From contig OX597815.1 of NCBI GenBank assembly GCA_951406725.2, forward strand, positions 212,784,001 to 212,848,000: DNA of 64,000 nucleotides, in the 5' to 3' direction. A model generated the notes under the pieces. That model was not told the origin of the DNA and searched no databases. It saw nothing but the letters and a program-made list of their open reading frames with translations. Positions 1-12,881 of this stretch are shown in pieces. Source of the stretch: Octopus vulgaris. Lineage: Eukaryota. The position numbers were made by a program, and so were the translations under genes. Position 1 is the first letter of the stretch. The number at the start of each line of letters is the position of its first letter.

Positions 1-1310
1 GTCAAACTGTCCAAGCCATGCCTGTATGGACTACGGATATTAAATGATGAAGATGATGATGATGATGATGAATAGCCTCGTTTTCGTCATCATCTACAGA
101 ATTACATTTATCATAATTTAGCTGAATATGACAATTAACCTTTTCCTCTTCTAATCCTCATCATAATTATAATCATCATTATCATCATGGTGTTTTCTCA
201 CTTCTGATTATGTCTTTCAGTGATATGCATCAGGAAAATGACACACAGACACACATGGTGGAAGTCAGTTCATACTTGAATGGTAAATTTCTTGGATTTT
301 GCCACAAAAGTCAAAATGGATGTTCTTACTCATCGTGATTGACAGTATTGCAAATGCAGTAACTTAACCATCCGCTTGTCTGAGCTGTTTCCAGAAGCAA
401 ATACCAAGCCCAAGTACACATACCATCTAGTGGAAGCACATGGTCCAGTGGTTAGAGCAGCGAACTCGCGGTTGAGGGATCGCGGGTTCGAATCTTAGAG
501 CGGATGATGTGTGTGTTTATGAGTGAAATAGCTAAGCTCCATGCGGCTCTGGCAGAAGATAATGGTGAACTTCTGCTGACTCTTTCGCCACAACTTTCTC
601 TCACTCTTTCCTCCTGCATCTTGCAGCTCACCTGCGACAGACCGGTGTCCCATCCAAGTGGGGAACCTATATGCCAAGGAAACCGGGAAACCGGCTCTTA
701 TGAGCCAGGCATGGCTCGAGAAGGAACAAACAACAAACACATACCATCTCTCCACTCATGGATATGCCTCAAAGGAAAGATGAGTTGATATGTTCACAGC
801 ATCCATGGGGCTGTGAGGGATGCCAGATAAAAAAAGCTGGTTTCTCCATCAGTTACAACAACAAGGATTCCAGTTGATCTGATCAACAGAACAGCCTGCT
901 TGGGAAATTAATGTACAAGTGGTTGAGAACTCCACAGACACACATACCCTTAACAGAGTTCTCAGGGAGATTCAGCACGACACGGAATGTCACAAAGCTG
1001 ACCTTTTGAAATACAGGTACTACTCATTTTTGCTAGCTGAGTGGACTGGAGCCACATGAAATAAAGTGTCTTGCTCAAGGACACAATGCGCTGCAGGATA
1101 AACTGGGATTTTCAGGAGAGATATTGACCAGCTAATTCGTACATTATAAGTGCAATCTGTGAGTGGAACAGTAAAAATATGCAAGACTTCTCAAGTTCCA
1201 AAAGTCAATTTGTCTGTGTTAACTACATCCCAAAGATGGAGCCTTGCATCTTTGTTGGAAACCAGCCTCCTCCTCAGTGGAAGATTTATAATAACTAAAA
1301 AATAGAAGAG

Positions 1311-1448
1311 ACATACATACATACATACATACATGCATGCATGCATGCATATATACATACATACATACATACATATATACATACATACATACATACATAC
1401 ATACATACATACATACATACATACATACATACATACATACGTGCATAC
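1311..1448. repeat. (ACAT)n microsatellite
   Basis: Direct reading; explains the MYVC-repeat ORFs. Confidence 0.95.
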
Positions 1449-2074
1449 AGGATTACCCTGTTGATGTCTAAATTCTAGTGAAAGAGTTTTGTCTTTTTGG
1501 GTTAGAACCAGTTCTGTCTGCCAGACTAGAATTTAATGGTTAAACTTTGTGTTTTCTATATATACCTACTGGATATGATTAATCAATACAGTAGTAATAT
1601 CATTGATTAGTTAGCGATAAGGAATTCTTTTTTTAATTAGGTGCAAAGGACAATAGGTGAGTATAGCAAACCAAATTAACCAATAGTGACAAATATATCA
1701 CTGGTATTAGTTTTATTGATCACAAAGAACTGAATGACATGAATCAAATAAATACAACTTATTGAACCATAAAGCATTTCTGCTATCCTTTGAACTGTAT
1801 CTATCAACTACAAATTCTCAATTAATAATAAATGAACTAAGTGTGAAATGGCATTAAATATACATCAGTCAACCATGAGATCTTAGGTTTCATATATAAG
1901 GTTGATAGCCAACAAATTTGAGTCTTTTCTCACATTAAATTTCATTCTTTTTAAAAGAATTTTAGAAATAAATTCCAATTTTTAAATGGAAACTGAAATG
2001 CTTTTCCATATTGGTGCAAGATGATAAAAAAATTAGCTTTCAAACAGAGCCTAAGTCTCTGTTCATATCTTTGA

Positions 2075-2612
2075 ACAGAGCCTTAGGCCTATTTCAAATG
2101 GCTATGTGAAGCTGCTGGAAACTGTGGTCAACCCCTGGCTAGGGATGATTTCTGTTGGAAGGCCATATACGTGACATCAGGATTTGAATCCTTCTGATAC
2201 CTCCAGAAAAAGTCAGAAGCAGTTGTTGGGGAATTTGCACAACTTTGCCAGCCCCAATTTCCGGCCTCATAAGTTACCCTGATTGAAGTTGCATGGATTA
2301 TTATGTGTGGGTCACAGCTGAGAAAGACATCACTCATCCTGCCTGCAACACCAGGGCTGAGCTGGTGGCTGAGATGAAGGAGATGTTTGAAAATTTTCCC
2401 AGGGACACAGTGAGGACTGCATGCCCCAGGCACCACAGCCATCTTGATGCCATGGGGGAAGCTGAGGGTGGCTGCTTTTGAGTAAACTGTTATCTCCCAG
2501 TCATAATCTAGTTGATATTTAGAAATGTTTTTTAAATACTTTATTTTTGGATGGAATATTGTGTTTTCTTTTCCTTTTATGCAAATTTATCAAATTTATC
2601 CTGAACACCATT
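2075..2612 (+). mobile_element. Tc1/mariner-superfamily (maT/DD37D-like) transposase 3' remnant
   Basis: MDYYVW...EKD...CNT..EL motif. Homologous to 21590-22117, including the 3' end. Confidence 0.65.
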
Positions 2613-3335
2613 TATATATACATATACACACAACAGGCTTCTCTCAGTTTCTTATTTCTTTATTGGCCACAAGGGGCTAAACATAGAGGAGACAAATAAG
2701 GACAGACAAAGGGATTAAGTCGATTACATTGACCCCAGTGCATAACTGGTACTTAATTTATCGACCCCGAAAGGATGAAAGGCAAAGTCGACCTTGGTGG
2801 AATTTGAACTCATAACATAACAGCAGATGAAATACCGCCAAGCATTTCGTGCTAACATTTCTGCCAGTTCGCCACCTTAAGGCTTCTTTCAGTTTCTATC
2901 AACAAATCCTTCACAAGACTTTGGACAGCCCAGGTCTATAGTAGAAGATATTTGGCCACAGTGTCATGCTGTGGGATTGAACCTGGGACCCTGTGGTTGG
3001 AGAGCAAACTTCTTACCACACTTGCACCTATTTGTTAATTTAAAAACTGGAAATTAGGTTAGAATAATTCTGCTTGTTCCTCCCTTACTTAGTCCGTCCG
3101 TAACGTTTCTATGTGATTAGTTGAAGGGGGGAGCAGGGGGAGGTGGTGATGGTGGTGGGTGAAATGTGTAATTTTGTTTTTGAACTAAGTTTTTTTCCTC
3201 CAATACTTAGTTTTTAATATATAGTTATGTGTATGTGTGTATGTATGTATCTCTCTCTCTCTTTCTCTCTCACTCTCTTTCTCTCTCTCTCCCCCTCTCT
3301 CTCTCTCTCTCCTCCTCTCTCTCTCTATATATATA

Positions 3336-3728
3336 GGCACAGGAGTGTCTGTGTGGTAAGTAGCTTGCTTACCAACCACATGGTTCTGGGTTCAGTCCCA
3401 CTGCGTGGCACCTTTGGCAAGTGTCTTCTACTATAGCCTCGGGCTGACCAAAGCCATGCGAGTAAATTTGGTAAACGGAAACTGAAAGAAGCCCATCGTT
3501 TATGTATATATGTATGTGTATTTGTGTGTCTGTGTTTTTCCCCCTAGCATTGCTTGACAACCGATGCTGGTGTGTTTACGCCCCCGTAACTTAGCAGTTT
3601 GGCAAAAGAGACTGATAGAATAAGTACTACGCTAACAAAGAATAAGTCCCGGGGTCAATTTGCTTGACTAAAGGCGGTGCTCCAGCATGGCTGCAGTCAA
3701 ATGACTGAAATAAGTAAAAGAGTAAAAA
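3336..3728 (+). mobile_element. tRNA-derived SINE family 1 (representative; resembles described octopus SINEs)
   Basis: A/B boxes (tgtgtggtaag; ggttcagtcc), an internal (TA/TG)n and a (GTAAAAGA)n tail. Further copies at about 13390-13800(+), 14725-15172(-), 29415-29760(-), 33765-34130(-), 39588-39993(+) and 46060-46400(-), plus many fragments. Confidence 0.88.
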
Positions 3729-3734
3729 GAGACA

Positions 3735-3769
<35 letters not shown>

Positions 3770-4612
3770 TATATACACATATGTGTGTATATGCAAATGT
3801 CTGTGTCTTTGTGCTTGTGTTTCCCTCTTTCACCATTTTTTGACAACCAGTGTTAGTTTGTTTACATCACCGTTACTTAGTGGTCTAGCAAAAAGAGATT
3901 GATAGAATAAGTACCAGCTTTGAAAAAAAATGAAGGCTGCTGAAGTCAATTCATTTGACGGAGATCCTTCAGGGCAACGCTCCAGCCTTCACATTGTCCA
4001 ATGACTGAAACCAGTGAATGATAGGAAAACAGGGAAATGAGTATTTCTGTTCTTACTTGAACACCAGGCCTCTATCAAGACCACAATGGTTAATAAGGAT
4101 TCAAGACATGGCACAACACAGCCAATATTTCACCAAAATTGGATATTTATTGAAAAGCAAAAGTTTTTATTCTTTTGATGCAGAATTTAATATACTCTTT
4201 AAAATATTTCCATTATAGAATAAGAGATATTGATCAGATTAGCAGGTTTCAATTAACTGATTGATTTTTGTCAATATTTTATAATGCTGGGAAAGAATGA
4301 TAGATATATATATATATCATCATCATCATCATCATCAGTCAAATGTTGGTGGGGTACAAACACAGATATACGCACACGCATGAACACACACACACAGACA
4401 CACTAACACATACATACATGCACACACACAAACACACACGGTAGGTTTGCACACAGTTTCCACACATCTACTAAATTCACTCACAAGGCATTGGCCAGCT
4501 CAGGGCTATAATAGGAGACACTTGCCCAAGGTGCCATGCAGTGGGACTGAACCCATGCTATGTGATTGCAAACTGAGCTTCATAAGTACACAGTCATGCT
4601 CACACCTATGTA

Positions 4613-5167
4613 TTGGGTTGTCCGGAAAGTTTGTGCCAATTTTTAAAGGCAAAAAAAAGGTCAATAAATACTTGCCATTACATTTTTAATCAACCAAATA
4701 TGAACCATTTTGTTTCACAATGCGTCTCCATCTTTCCTTTACCTTGAAAGTACCCTCTTCCCAGATTTGAGGTGGTTTCATGGCAATGAATTCATCTAGG
4801 TATCTTTTTACGTCATCCAGGGAATTGAAATTTTTACCATTAAGACTATTCTGCAGAGACCTGAATAAGTGGAAATCCGAAGGAGCAATATCCGGTGAAT
4901 ATGGAGGGTGGGGTAACACATCCCAGCAATTTTTATCTGGTTCCCAAAGCATCAAGTGCCGAAAATGAACTTCCTTATCTTCCATTTTAAAGGACTACAG
5001 AATTAACACAGGTTATAGGAACATAAATCTTCTTCCACGAAAAGATAGCTTAAACTGTGCTCTAAATGGAGGTGTAGTCAAATCCTATTTTATGGACTCA
5101 ACCATGTTCTAAAATAAGTCGAAATGTAAGCTACTATAAATCGGCACAAACTTTCCAGACAACCCAA
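4613..5167 (-). mobile_element. Internally deleted mariner (DD34D) element, 555 bp
   Basis: TIRs ttgggttgtccggaaagtttgtgcc / ggcacaaactttccagacaacccaa, with TA on both sides. ORF 4686-4985 contains HPPYSPDIAPSDFHLFRSL. Confidence 0.93.
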
Positions 5168-5479
5168 TATTTATAAAAAGCTAATTTAGCTTTTGAAAGA
5201 CTATTTCATTACCTCTGAAATATTCTTAACGTGATTATAAAAACTAGACTAACACGAATAAAGCTCTCCAAAAATTTTCATGAATTTTGCTTGTATATAA
5301 TCTGTGGCATTTTATGGACCAAATATATTAAGAAGAGCAGCATTCTTGTTCTGAACAAGCTGAATGGAATCAAAGGCTTCTTCATTAACACACATTCCAG
5401 ACAGGTTGGCTACGAGTAGGTACCAAAGAACTGGGAACTGTATAAGGAAATTCAGTGATTTCCAGACATAATAAAATGC

Positions 5480-5480
5480 T

Positions 5481-5517
<37 letters not shown>

Positions 5518-5738
5518 GGTTTGAGAAGAAGAGATGGGTGGAGAGGGAGTGAGAGTGAAAAAGGAGAGAGAGGGGTGGGAGGGAGAGAAGAGATGGAGAG
5601 GGTGAGAGAAAGGGCATGTATATGGAGGATAAAGGAGATGGAGGGTGGATATATAGACAGACAGACAGACAGATATATAGATAGATAGACAGATAAATAG
5701 GTAGATAGACAGACAGACAGGTAGATAGACAGATAGAC

Positions 5739-5801
<63 letters not shown>

Positions 5802-5945
5802 CAGATAAATAGGTAGATAGACAGACAGACAGGTAGATAGACAGATAGATAGATACATACATACATAGATAGACAGATAGATAGATAGATAGATAGATAG
5901 ATAAAGACAGACAAAGAGACAGACAGATAGACAAATAAATAGATA
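5480..5945. repeat. Purine-rich tract with (AG)n and compound (GATA/GACA)n
   Basis: Direct reading; explains the YLSI-repeat ORFs. Confidence 0.95.
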
Positions 5946-6069
5946 GCAAGAATAAGAAAGAGTAATTAATGAAGGGAAAGGTAGAGATGGACTTTATTTG
6001 GAAGATGCAAGAGATAGACTGCAAGAACTGGAGTGAGATGCATGTAAAAAATCGAGAGTACTTAATAAG

Positions 6070-6110
<41 letters not shown>

Positions 6111-6749
6111 GGGTAACAAAAGGTTGACAGAGAGACAGAGTATGAAGATTTAAAAAATGAAAGATAGAGTAACAATGAGAGAGAGAGAGAGAAAGTGTAG
6201 TGATTCTCAAACAACACACCACAATGCACAGATATGGACAAAAAGATGGATCTAAGAGTGATGCAAATTTTAAAGAATTCCATACTAAATGCTTGAACAT
6301 TTTAAAAAAACTTGATCTTAAATTTATTATGTGACAGTATTTGAACATTGGTAAATGGAGAGGCAGGAATGCCAGATGAAATACCTTGTGGTATTTAGTT
6401 TCGCCATTCTATGCCCCCAGTCTAAATCTTGCTGGAGTTGATTTTGCTTCTCATCTGTCTCAGGAATCAAAATTTAGCAGATCGATTAATGTTTCAGCTG
6501 AAAATTCTTCAAAATCTTAAGATCAAGATGTCTCCTCACCAGAAAAGATGGTGAAATCAAAAGTTTTGTGGTCAAGCTGCAAATGAGAAAGTCAGGTACA
6601 AAACTTTTGAAGAGACATGACATGTTGAAAAAGCTGACAAGAGATGGGTGTTGACTCATTTGGATGTAGAAGGTGAGGCTGAAAAGCTGCAGGCCTTAAG
6701 AGTATCATAAAAGACCTGATTGGAGGCCCAACCATCTGAGTTCTTTTAA

Positions 6750-6969
6750 CCCTTTCATTACTGCATTTCTGTTGAGATGCTCTGTATTTCTTTCAATTAC
6801 TTTAAATATAACAAAGAATTTAGTAAAATAACTTAATTACCATTCAGCTAGTGTTAGGAACATAAATTGTGACTAAAGTTTGGAGGAAGATTTTAATTCA
6901 AAACTTATGAAAACAAGACATTTGTATTCAGAGCCAGAGCCAGTTTCAGCCGGGTTGGTAATAAAAGGG
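6750..6969. mobile_element. piggyBac-like MITE inserted in a mariner remnant (about 6490-7105)
   Basis: TTAA TSD at 6746-49 and 6970-73; termini CCCTTT...AAAGGG with short TIRs. Confidence 0.8.
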
Positions 6970-7827
6970 TTAAAGGGCTTAGAAAAACTGAAAGAACACT
7001 ACAATAAGTGTGGAAATCTGAGAGGGGAATATGTTCAATTAAATCATAATTAATTAATCCACTTGTGTTTTCTTTTACCCAAAGCCAGGAACTTTACAGC
7101 CCTCTTTTGTACAGGTGTGAAGTAGGTACCTCTTTTCCTGTATGGCAAGTCAAACCTACCTGACTCTATGATTTGTATGGTGCTGGTCACCTTGAGATGA
7201 AGGATTTTTGACTGAATACTGACGGTTAAATACTAGTCATTCAGTCCAGTAGGCAGGGCCTCACGTGAGTGAGAGGTGGGGTGTTGGAGGTTGCTGCTCT
7301 GTAAAGCCATCAAGAGGAAGGCTCAAAAACAGTGTGCATTCTCTCCTAACGACCCTCAGAATCTACGAGCATCTTGTGTGCAGAGCTTTTGATTGCAGCA
7401 TTTACACAAGCAATCTCTGAGGCAGAACCTACTGACTTCCGACCCTAAAAATTAGTAAGTTTGAGTAAAAGATAGAAATTAACATATGACTATATAGTAT
7501 TTGCACCCATGTTAATCAAAAGTAGTCAGATACAGTTTTGAATCTACTTCATACGGAGAAACATACTTGATTAAGTATTTATACAAATATGAATAATCCA
7601 AACTATGGAAGATCATTGTCTGAAAGGATATGTTTGTTTCTAACAATACATCTTTCAAGCGGAAAAAATGATAAAGCTTATATAATAATTAGATTTCTAG
7701 ATGACTGCATGAACATATATTATTGACACACAATTTGAAGTAAAGCCAGATTAGTGATATAAGATTGTAGACCTCATTAAACTTTGGCCTCATAATATGT
7801 TGCCTATTTTGACTCCAACTCTACAAT

Positions 7828-7877
<50 letters not shown>

Positions 7878-8214
7878 TTAAACGTAACAAAACACACTCC
7901 AACTCTCCTTCTCCTTTTGATTTGTTGCCAAGAAGGAAAAACTTCTTTTCCCCCCACAACACAACAAAACAACGATAATACGTCTCTTCTCTCAGCCATT
8001 TGCAGTGTGCTTCAGAACAAGCTTCTCATACCATTAAACGATTGAATCTTTCTCTGTCTGCAAAGATACTTCCTAATCTAGAGAAAGAACTTGTAAGGAG
8101 GGCATTGATCAAACAGTGTGTCAGTCTAGCACCTAATTATCTGTGGAGTGTCCTATCCTTTTGACATCACAGAGACAGTGAGTGGTCTTCAAAGGAGACA
8201 GTGTAACCAAATTC

Positions 8215-8535
8215 GAGAGAGAGAGACAGAGAGACGGACAGACAGTGAGAGAGACAGAGAGAGAGACAGAGAGAGAGACAGACAGTGAGAGAGACAGACA
8301 GACAGTGAGAGAGACAGACAGACAGTGAGAGAGACAGAGAGACAGACAGACAGTGAGAGAGACAGACAGACAGTGAGAGAGACAGAGAGACAGACAGACA
8401 GACAGACAGTGAGAGAGACAGACAGACAGTGAGAGAGACAGAGAGACAGACAGAGAGAGAGACAGAGAGACAGACAGACAGTGAGAGAGACAGACAGACA
8501 GTGAGAGAGAGAGACAGACAGACAGACAGTGAGAG

Positions 8536-8573
<38 letters not shown>

Positions 8574-8800
8574 AGAGAGACAGACAGACAGTGAGAGAGA
8601 CAGAGAGAGAGACAGAGAGACAGACAGACAGTGAGAGAGACAGACAGACAGACAGTGAGAGAGACAGACAGACAGTGAGAGAGACAGACAGAGAGACAGA
8701 GAGACAGTGAGAGAGACAGAGAGAGACAGACAGACAGTGAGAGAGACAGACAGACAGTGAGAGAGACAGAGAGACAGACAAAGAGACAGAGAGAGAGAGA
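8215..8800. repeat. Compound (AG)/(AGAC) microsatellite with a recurring unit of about 20 bp (cagtgagagagacagacaga)
   Basis: Direct reading; explains the SL/CL- and ET/RQ-rich ORFs. Confidence 0.95.
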
Positions 8801-10543
8801 GTGGTGGGGGAGGAGAATCAACCCCTTGCCTTAACTAGTACCTTATTTATTGACTCTCAAAGGGATGGGAGATAAAACTGACCTCAGCAAGATTTGAACT
8901 CAAAAAACAGAAAGACAGAACAAACATTGCAAAACATTCTATCCAACACTCTACCAATTCATAGTGATAACATTAGAGCACTGTTCCTCTGTTTCAAATG
9001 GTTGGAACCGCTGCTACCCACACAAGCATCATAAAAAAAGCTGGTACTTTGTTGGTTACAGCAACAAAGGTTCCAGTCGATCTGATCAACAGAACAGCCT
9101 GCTTGTGGAATTGATGTACAAGTGGCTGAGTGCTCCATTAACACACATCCCCGAGGAGATTCAGAAGGACACAGAATGTTACAAGGCTGGCCCCTTTGTA
9201 ATTACTGGTACAACTCATTTTTGCCAGCTGGGTGGACTGGAGCGACGTGAAATAAAGTGTCTTACGCAAGGGCACAAGGTACCACCAGGTATCAAACTCA
9301 CGTCCTTTTGATCATGAGCCAAATGTCCTAACCACTATGCTACAAACCTTCAAACAAAAGCATCATAGATTGTATCAAACAGGAAACTATTCACTCACCA
9401 ACACATAACACTCATTGGCTCAAAGACGTACAATGTTTTCTCTTTTCCTTTCTGTCACTGTTACAACTTTCTATATTTCTCTCGTCTAACAAACTGCAAA
9501 CCACTTTAACACTTTAACCATTCCTCAGGCCTTTCCTCTTTTTCCTCCTCTAATCTCACCTGTGATTCATTCTTCAGATAAGCAATTAAATGCTTTGGGA
9601 TTTGAGGAAGGAATCCACAGTCTTCTGGGAATTTCTAGTCTTTTCAGTAGACTTTAGCCAACAGATGTTCAATCTAAATATGAACAGCAATGATCTCACC
9701 AAGCTTAGAGATCCTACAAAGATGTTTATCATTACCCCTCCTCCTTTAATTAATTTATTAATAAAAAAAGCTAAAAAGAGAAGCTCTACATCACTGCTTG
9801 ACTTGCTAAAAATAGCAGACAAAACCTTCCATCAAATTGTACCCTACCGTCTTAAATATGGAGTGATACATTGGTAGGGTGCAATTTGATGGAAGATTTA
9901 TTTGTTATTGACCATGAGTTTGCAAGACAAGGCTCACCAAAAGTTAAGAATAACTAATAAATAAAAGATACATACATATTGACTCAAAAGAAGATGGGGT
10001 TTGAGTAAATCCAGGCAAATACCTCTGAAAGCACTCCATGTGATCAAAACCAAGCTACACATTGACATTTATATTTACATTTAATTATGTCATACTGATT
10101 AATATCAGAAATATTAAATCAATAAAATTATACAGAACCAAAACTAAGAAACTGTACTTTAATCAGAATTAGATTATTTCTGTAATAAGCATTTACTGCA
10201 TTCACATTTGCTTCCAGCCATTTCTTTTATTTTTCTATTTTCTTCTAATGTTCATATTACCTCTCAATGTTCACATTACCATCTGCAAAAAGAATTAAGA
10301 TATTAGTTCCTTTGGGCGAGCTTTCTCTGAATTCTGTCCTATAAAATTCCAATAAGTAGAAGTGAAGATGAAACGGAACATATATTAAAGCAATGAAGAA
10401 CAAAGCCTGAGCATTAGGTTTCTCTTTGAGTGTGGAATTATTGCAAATCCTATATTTATATTTGTATCAGGAGTCTGTGATACTCACATTAGTCTCCAAA
10501 CACAACTGCTCTCCTCACTGCCATCCTCTTCTTCTTCCTTTAA

Positions 10544-10765
10544 CCCTTTAGCATTTAAACTAGCCATATCTAACCAAAATACTTCATCAGTTTTATGTTC
10601 AAATAAGCCAGATCCAGCCTCTCACACCTACCCAACAATACCATTCTAAAAATAAGCAATCACATCATCAAAATCTCAATGCTACAAGAGAATGCATGAT
10701 TAGTTCAAAACATTGCGAATATAAATAAGAATTACATTTGACAGAGCAATCTGAATGCTAAACAG
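10544..10765. mobile_element. piggyBac-like MITE, second family
   Basis: TTAA|CCCTTTAGCATT start and a decayed AATGCTAAAcaG|TTgA end; homologous to 36406-36614. Confidence 0.7.
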
Positions 10766-11611
10766 TTGATATCCATCTTTCATGCTGGCATAGACTGGAC
10801 AATTTGACCAGATCCAACAGGTCTGAGGACTGCATCAATCTCCAATGTTTTAGGCATGGCTTCTGTGGCTGCATGCCCTTCCAAATGCCAGCCACTTCAT
10901 AGAGTGTTCTCTATCATAAATGTTATTAAATGTTTCCTTACTACCAGCATTTTATTGGTCTTGGTCTCTTTACCACCACTGAGACAGCCTCAATGTGTTG
11001 CTAGAATTACCTGTCAAATCTCCCCCAAATCATAGCCTACCATCATAAAAAAAGGACATATTAGTTTATGTAGTTCTAGTTACACTATGCCAGAAAATAG
11101 AAAGTGTAGAACAGTCATTGCTGGAACACTTTAACCATAGGGCTGCTTGACCAAAGGGTGACCTTAGGTTAAACAACACACTTTAACAAGCCCAGAAGGG
11201 ATCCTGTCCATGGCTGTTCAACCTGTTAGAAGTAACAGCCAAATATTCTTAATATTACACCATATCATCTTAAATAAATAGGGATACACTGGACAACATA
11301 GTACTCATTGATATTTTTGATGACAGGATGGTCAAAGCTGGAGTGCCTTTGATCTGAGCAGAAACAACAATAATGACAATTTTTACAACTGACTCTAATT
11401 GATTGAAAATAGCCTCTACTTAGTTTAAATTTATTTCTTGATTTCAAATGTAGGAAATTTAATATAATTCATTATATTGATACAGACATTGCTTGGGTGG
11501 TTGAGAAGCTTGCGTTACAACAATGTGGTTTCAGGTTCAATCTCATTGTGTGACACCTTGGTCAAATGTCTTCTACTAAAGCCCTAGACTAACAAATGCC
11601 TCGTGATTGTA

Positions 11612-12881
11612 TTGGGTCATTCCATAAATAAAACAGTTTTTTCAATTGTATGGATTAAAAGTCAGAGGGGGACAGGATAAACTACTTGTATCAACTTGCT
11701 ATGAAAGCAGATAGTAATTTTACCTTGTCCTTATTCTTAGTGCAAGTTTTAAAGAGTGCAGTTCGATTTTAGCAGTTATTGTTCCAAAGCTATAATAGAA
11801 GTGACAAAGGAACATATTCGGCATATTTTGATTTATGAGTTCAATAAAGGCAACAATGCAGCAGAAAGTGCAAGGAATATTAATGCGGTATTTGGGGATC
11901 AGACAATAAGAGTAAGCCAGTAAGGTGGTTCCAGAAATTCCAAGCTGGAAACTATAACCTAGAAGACAAGCCTTGTCCTGGAAGATCTGTGGAGCTTGAC
12001 AAGGATTCCCTGCAAACTGGTGGAGCAAAATCCCATCATAACTGTTGAGGAACTTGCAGAGAAGCTTGGATTTGGTCATTCAACCATTTTTCAACACCTG
12101 CATGCCATTGGGAAAGTCAGCAAATTGGGTCAATGGGTTCCTCAAAAACTTTCCAAGTCTAATTGCACACAGAGAGTGAATGTGTTCTCTTCTCTGCTGT
12201 CATGTCACATGAATGAAACGCTTTTGGAGCGAATAGGAACTGGTGACGAGAAATGGGTTCTCTGTAAAAATGTCAAGCACTGAAGATAGTGGACAGAGAA
12301 AGGAGAAACACTGGCGTCCCAGGATAAAGAAGGTCTTCATCCACATAAGGTGTTGTTATCTGTTTGGTGGGATATGAAAGGTTTAGTCCACTTTGCACTT
12401 TTAAACCCAAATGATACCAAAGATCTACTGCAAGCAACTTGAACAGTTTAAGTCAGCGCTAAGAGAAAAACGACCATATTTGGTTTCAAGACGAAAGGTA
12501 TTCTTCCATTAAGATAATGCTTGGCCACATACAGCAAGGATGACATTCCAAAGGCTGGAGCAGTTTAAATGGGAGACGATGCCCCATCCACCATATTCGC
12601 TGGACATTGCCCCATCTGATTATCTTTTATTCTGCAGTCTTCAAAATCATTTGAACGGAAAAACTATGAATTCTGTAGACGAGGTCAGAACAATACTGGA
12701 GGCGTATTTTTCATCACAGACAAGTGAATTTTGGAAGAGGAGCCTTGCAAGTCTACTAGATAGATGGAAGAGCATTGTAGAAAATGAGAGTACACTTTAG
12801 ATTAAAAAAGACCTTTTTTTATCTTAATTTTGAAAAATAAAAGAGGTATAAAAACATCGCATTATTTATGGGATGACCCAA
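11612..12881 (+). mobile_element. Full-length (1270 bp) degenerate mariner nested in a SINE
   Basis: TIRs ttgggtcattccataaataa / ttatttatgggatgacccaa with a TA TSD. Transposase fragments carry WVP, TGDEKW and YSLDIAPSDY, plus stops and frameshifts. The interrupted SINE resumes at 12884. Confidence 0.95.

Noticed and set aside
3126-3160. G-quadruplex-like G-rich run
   Set aside because: Short low-complexity tract with no associated gene feature; such tracts are common in this window.
5312-8821. Long 150-290 aa ORFs (YLSI, SLSV and ETER repeats)
   Set aside because: Translations of microsatellites that lack stop codons; no protein-like complexity.
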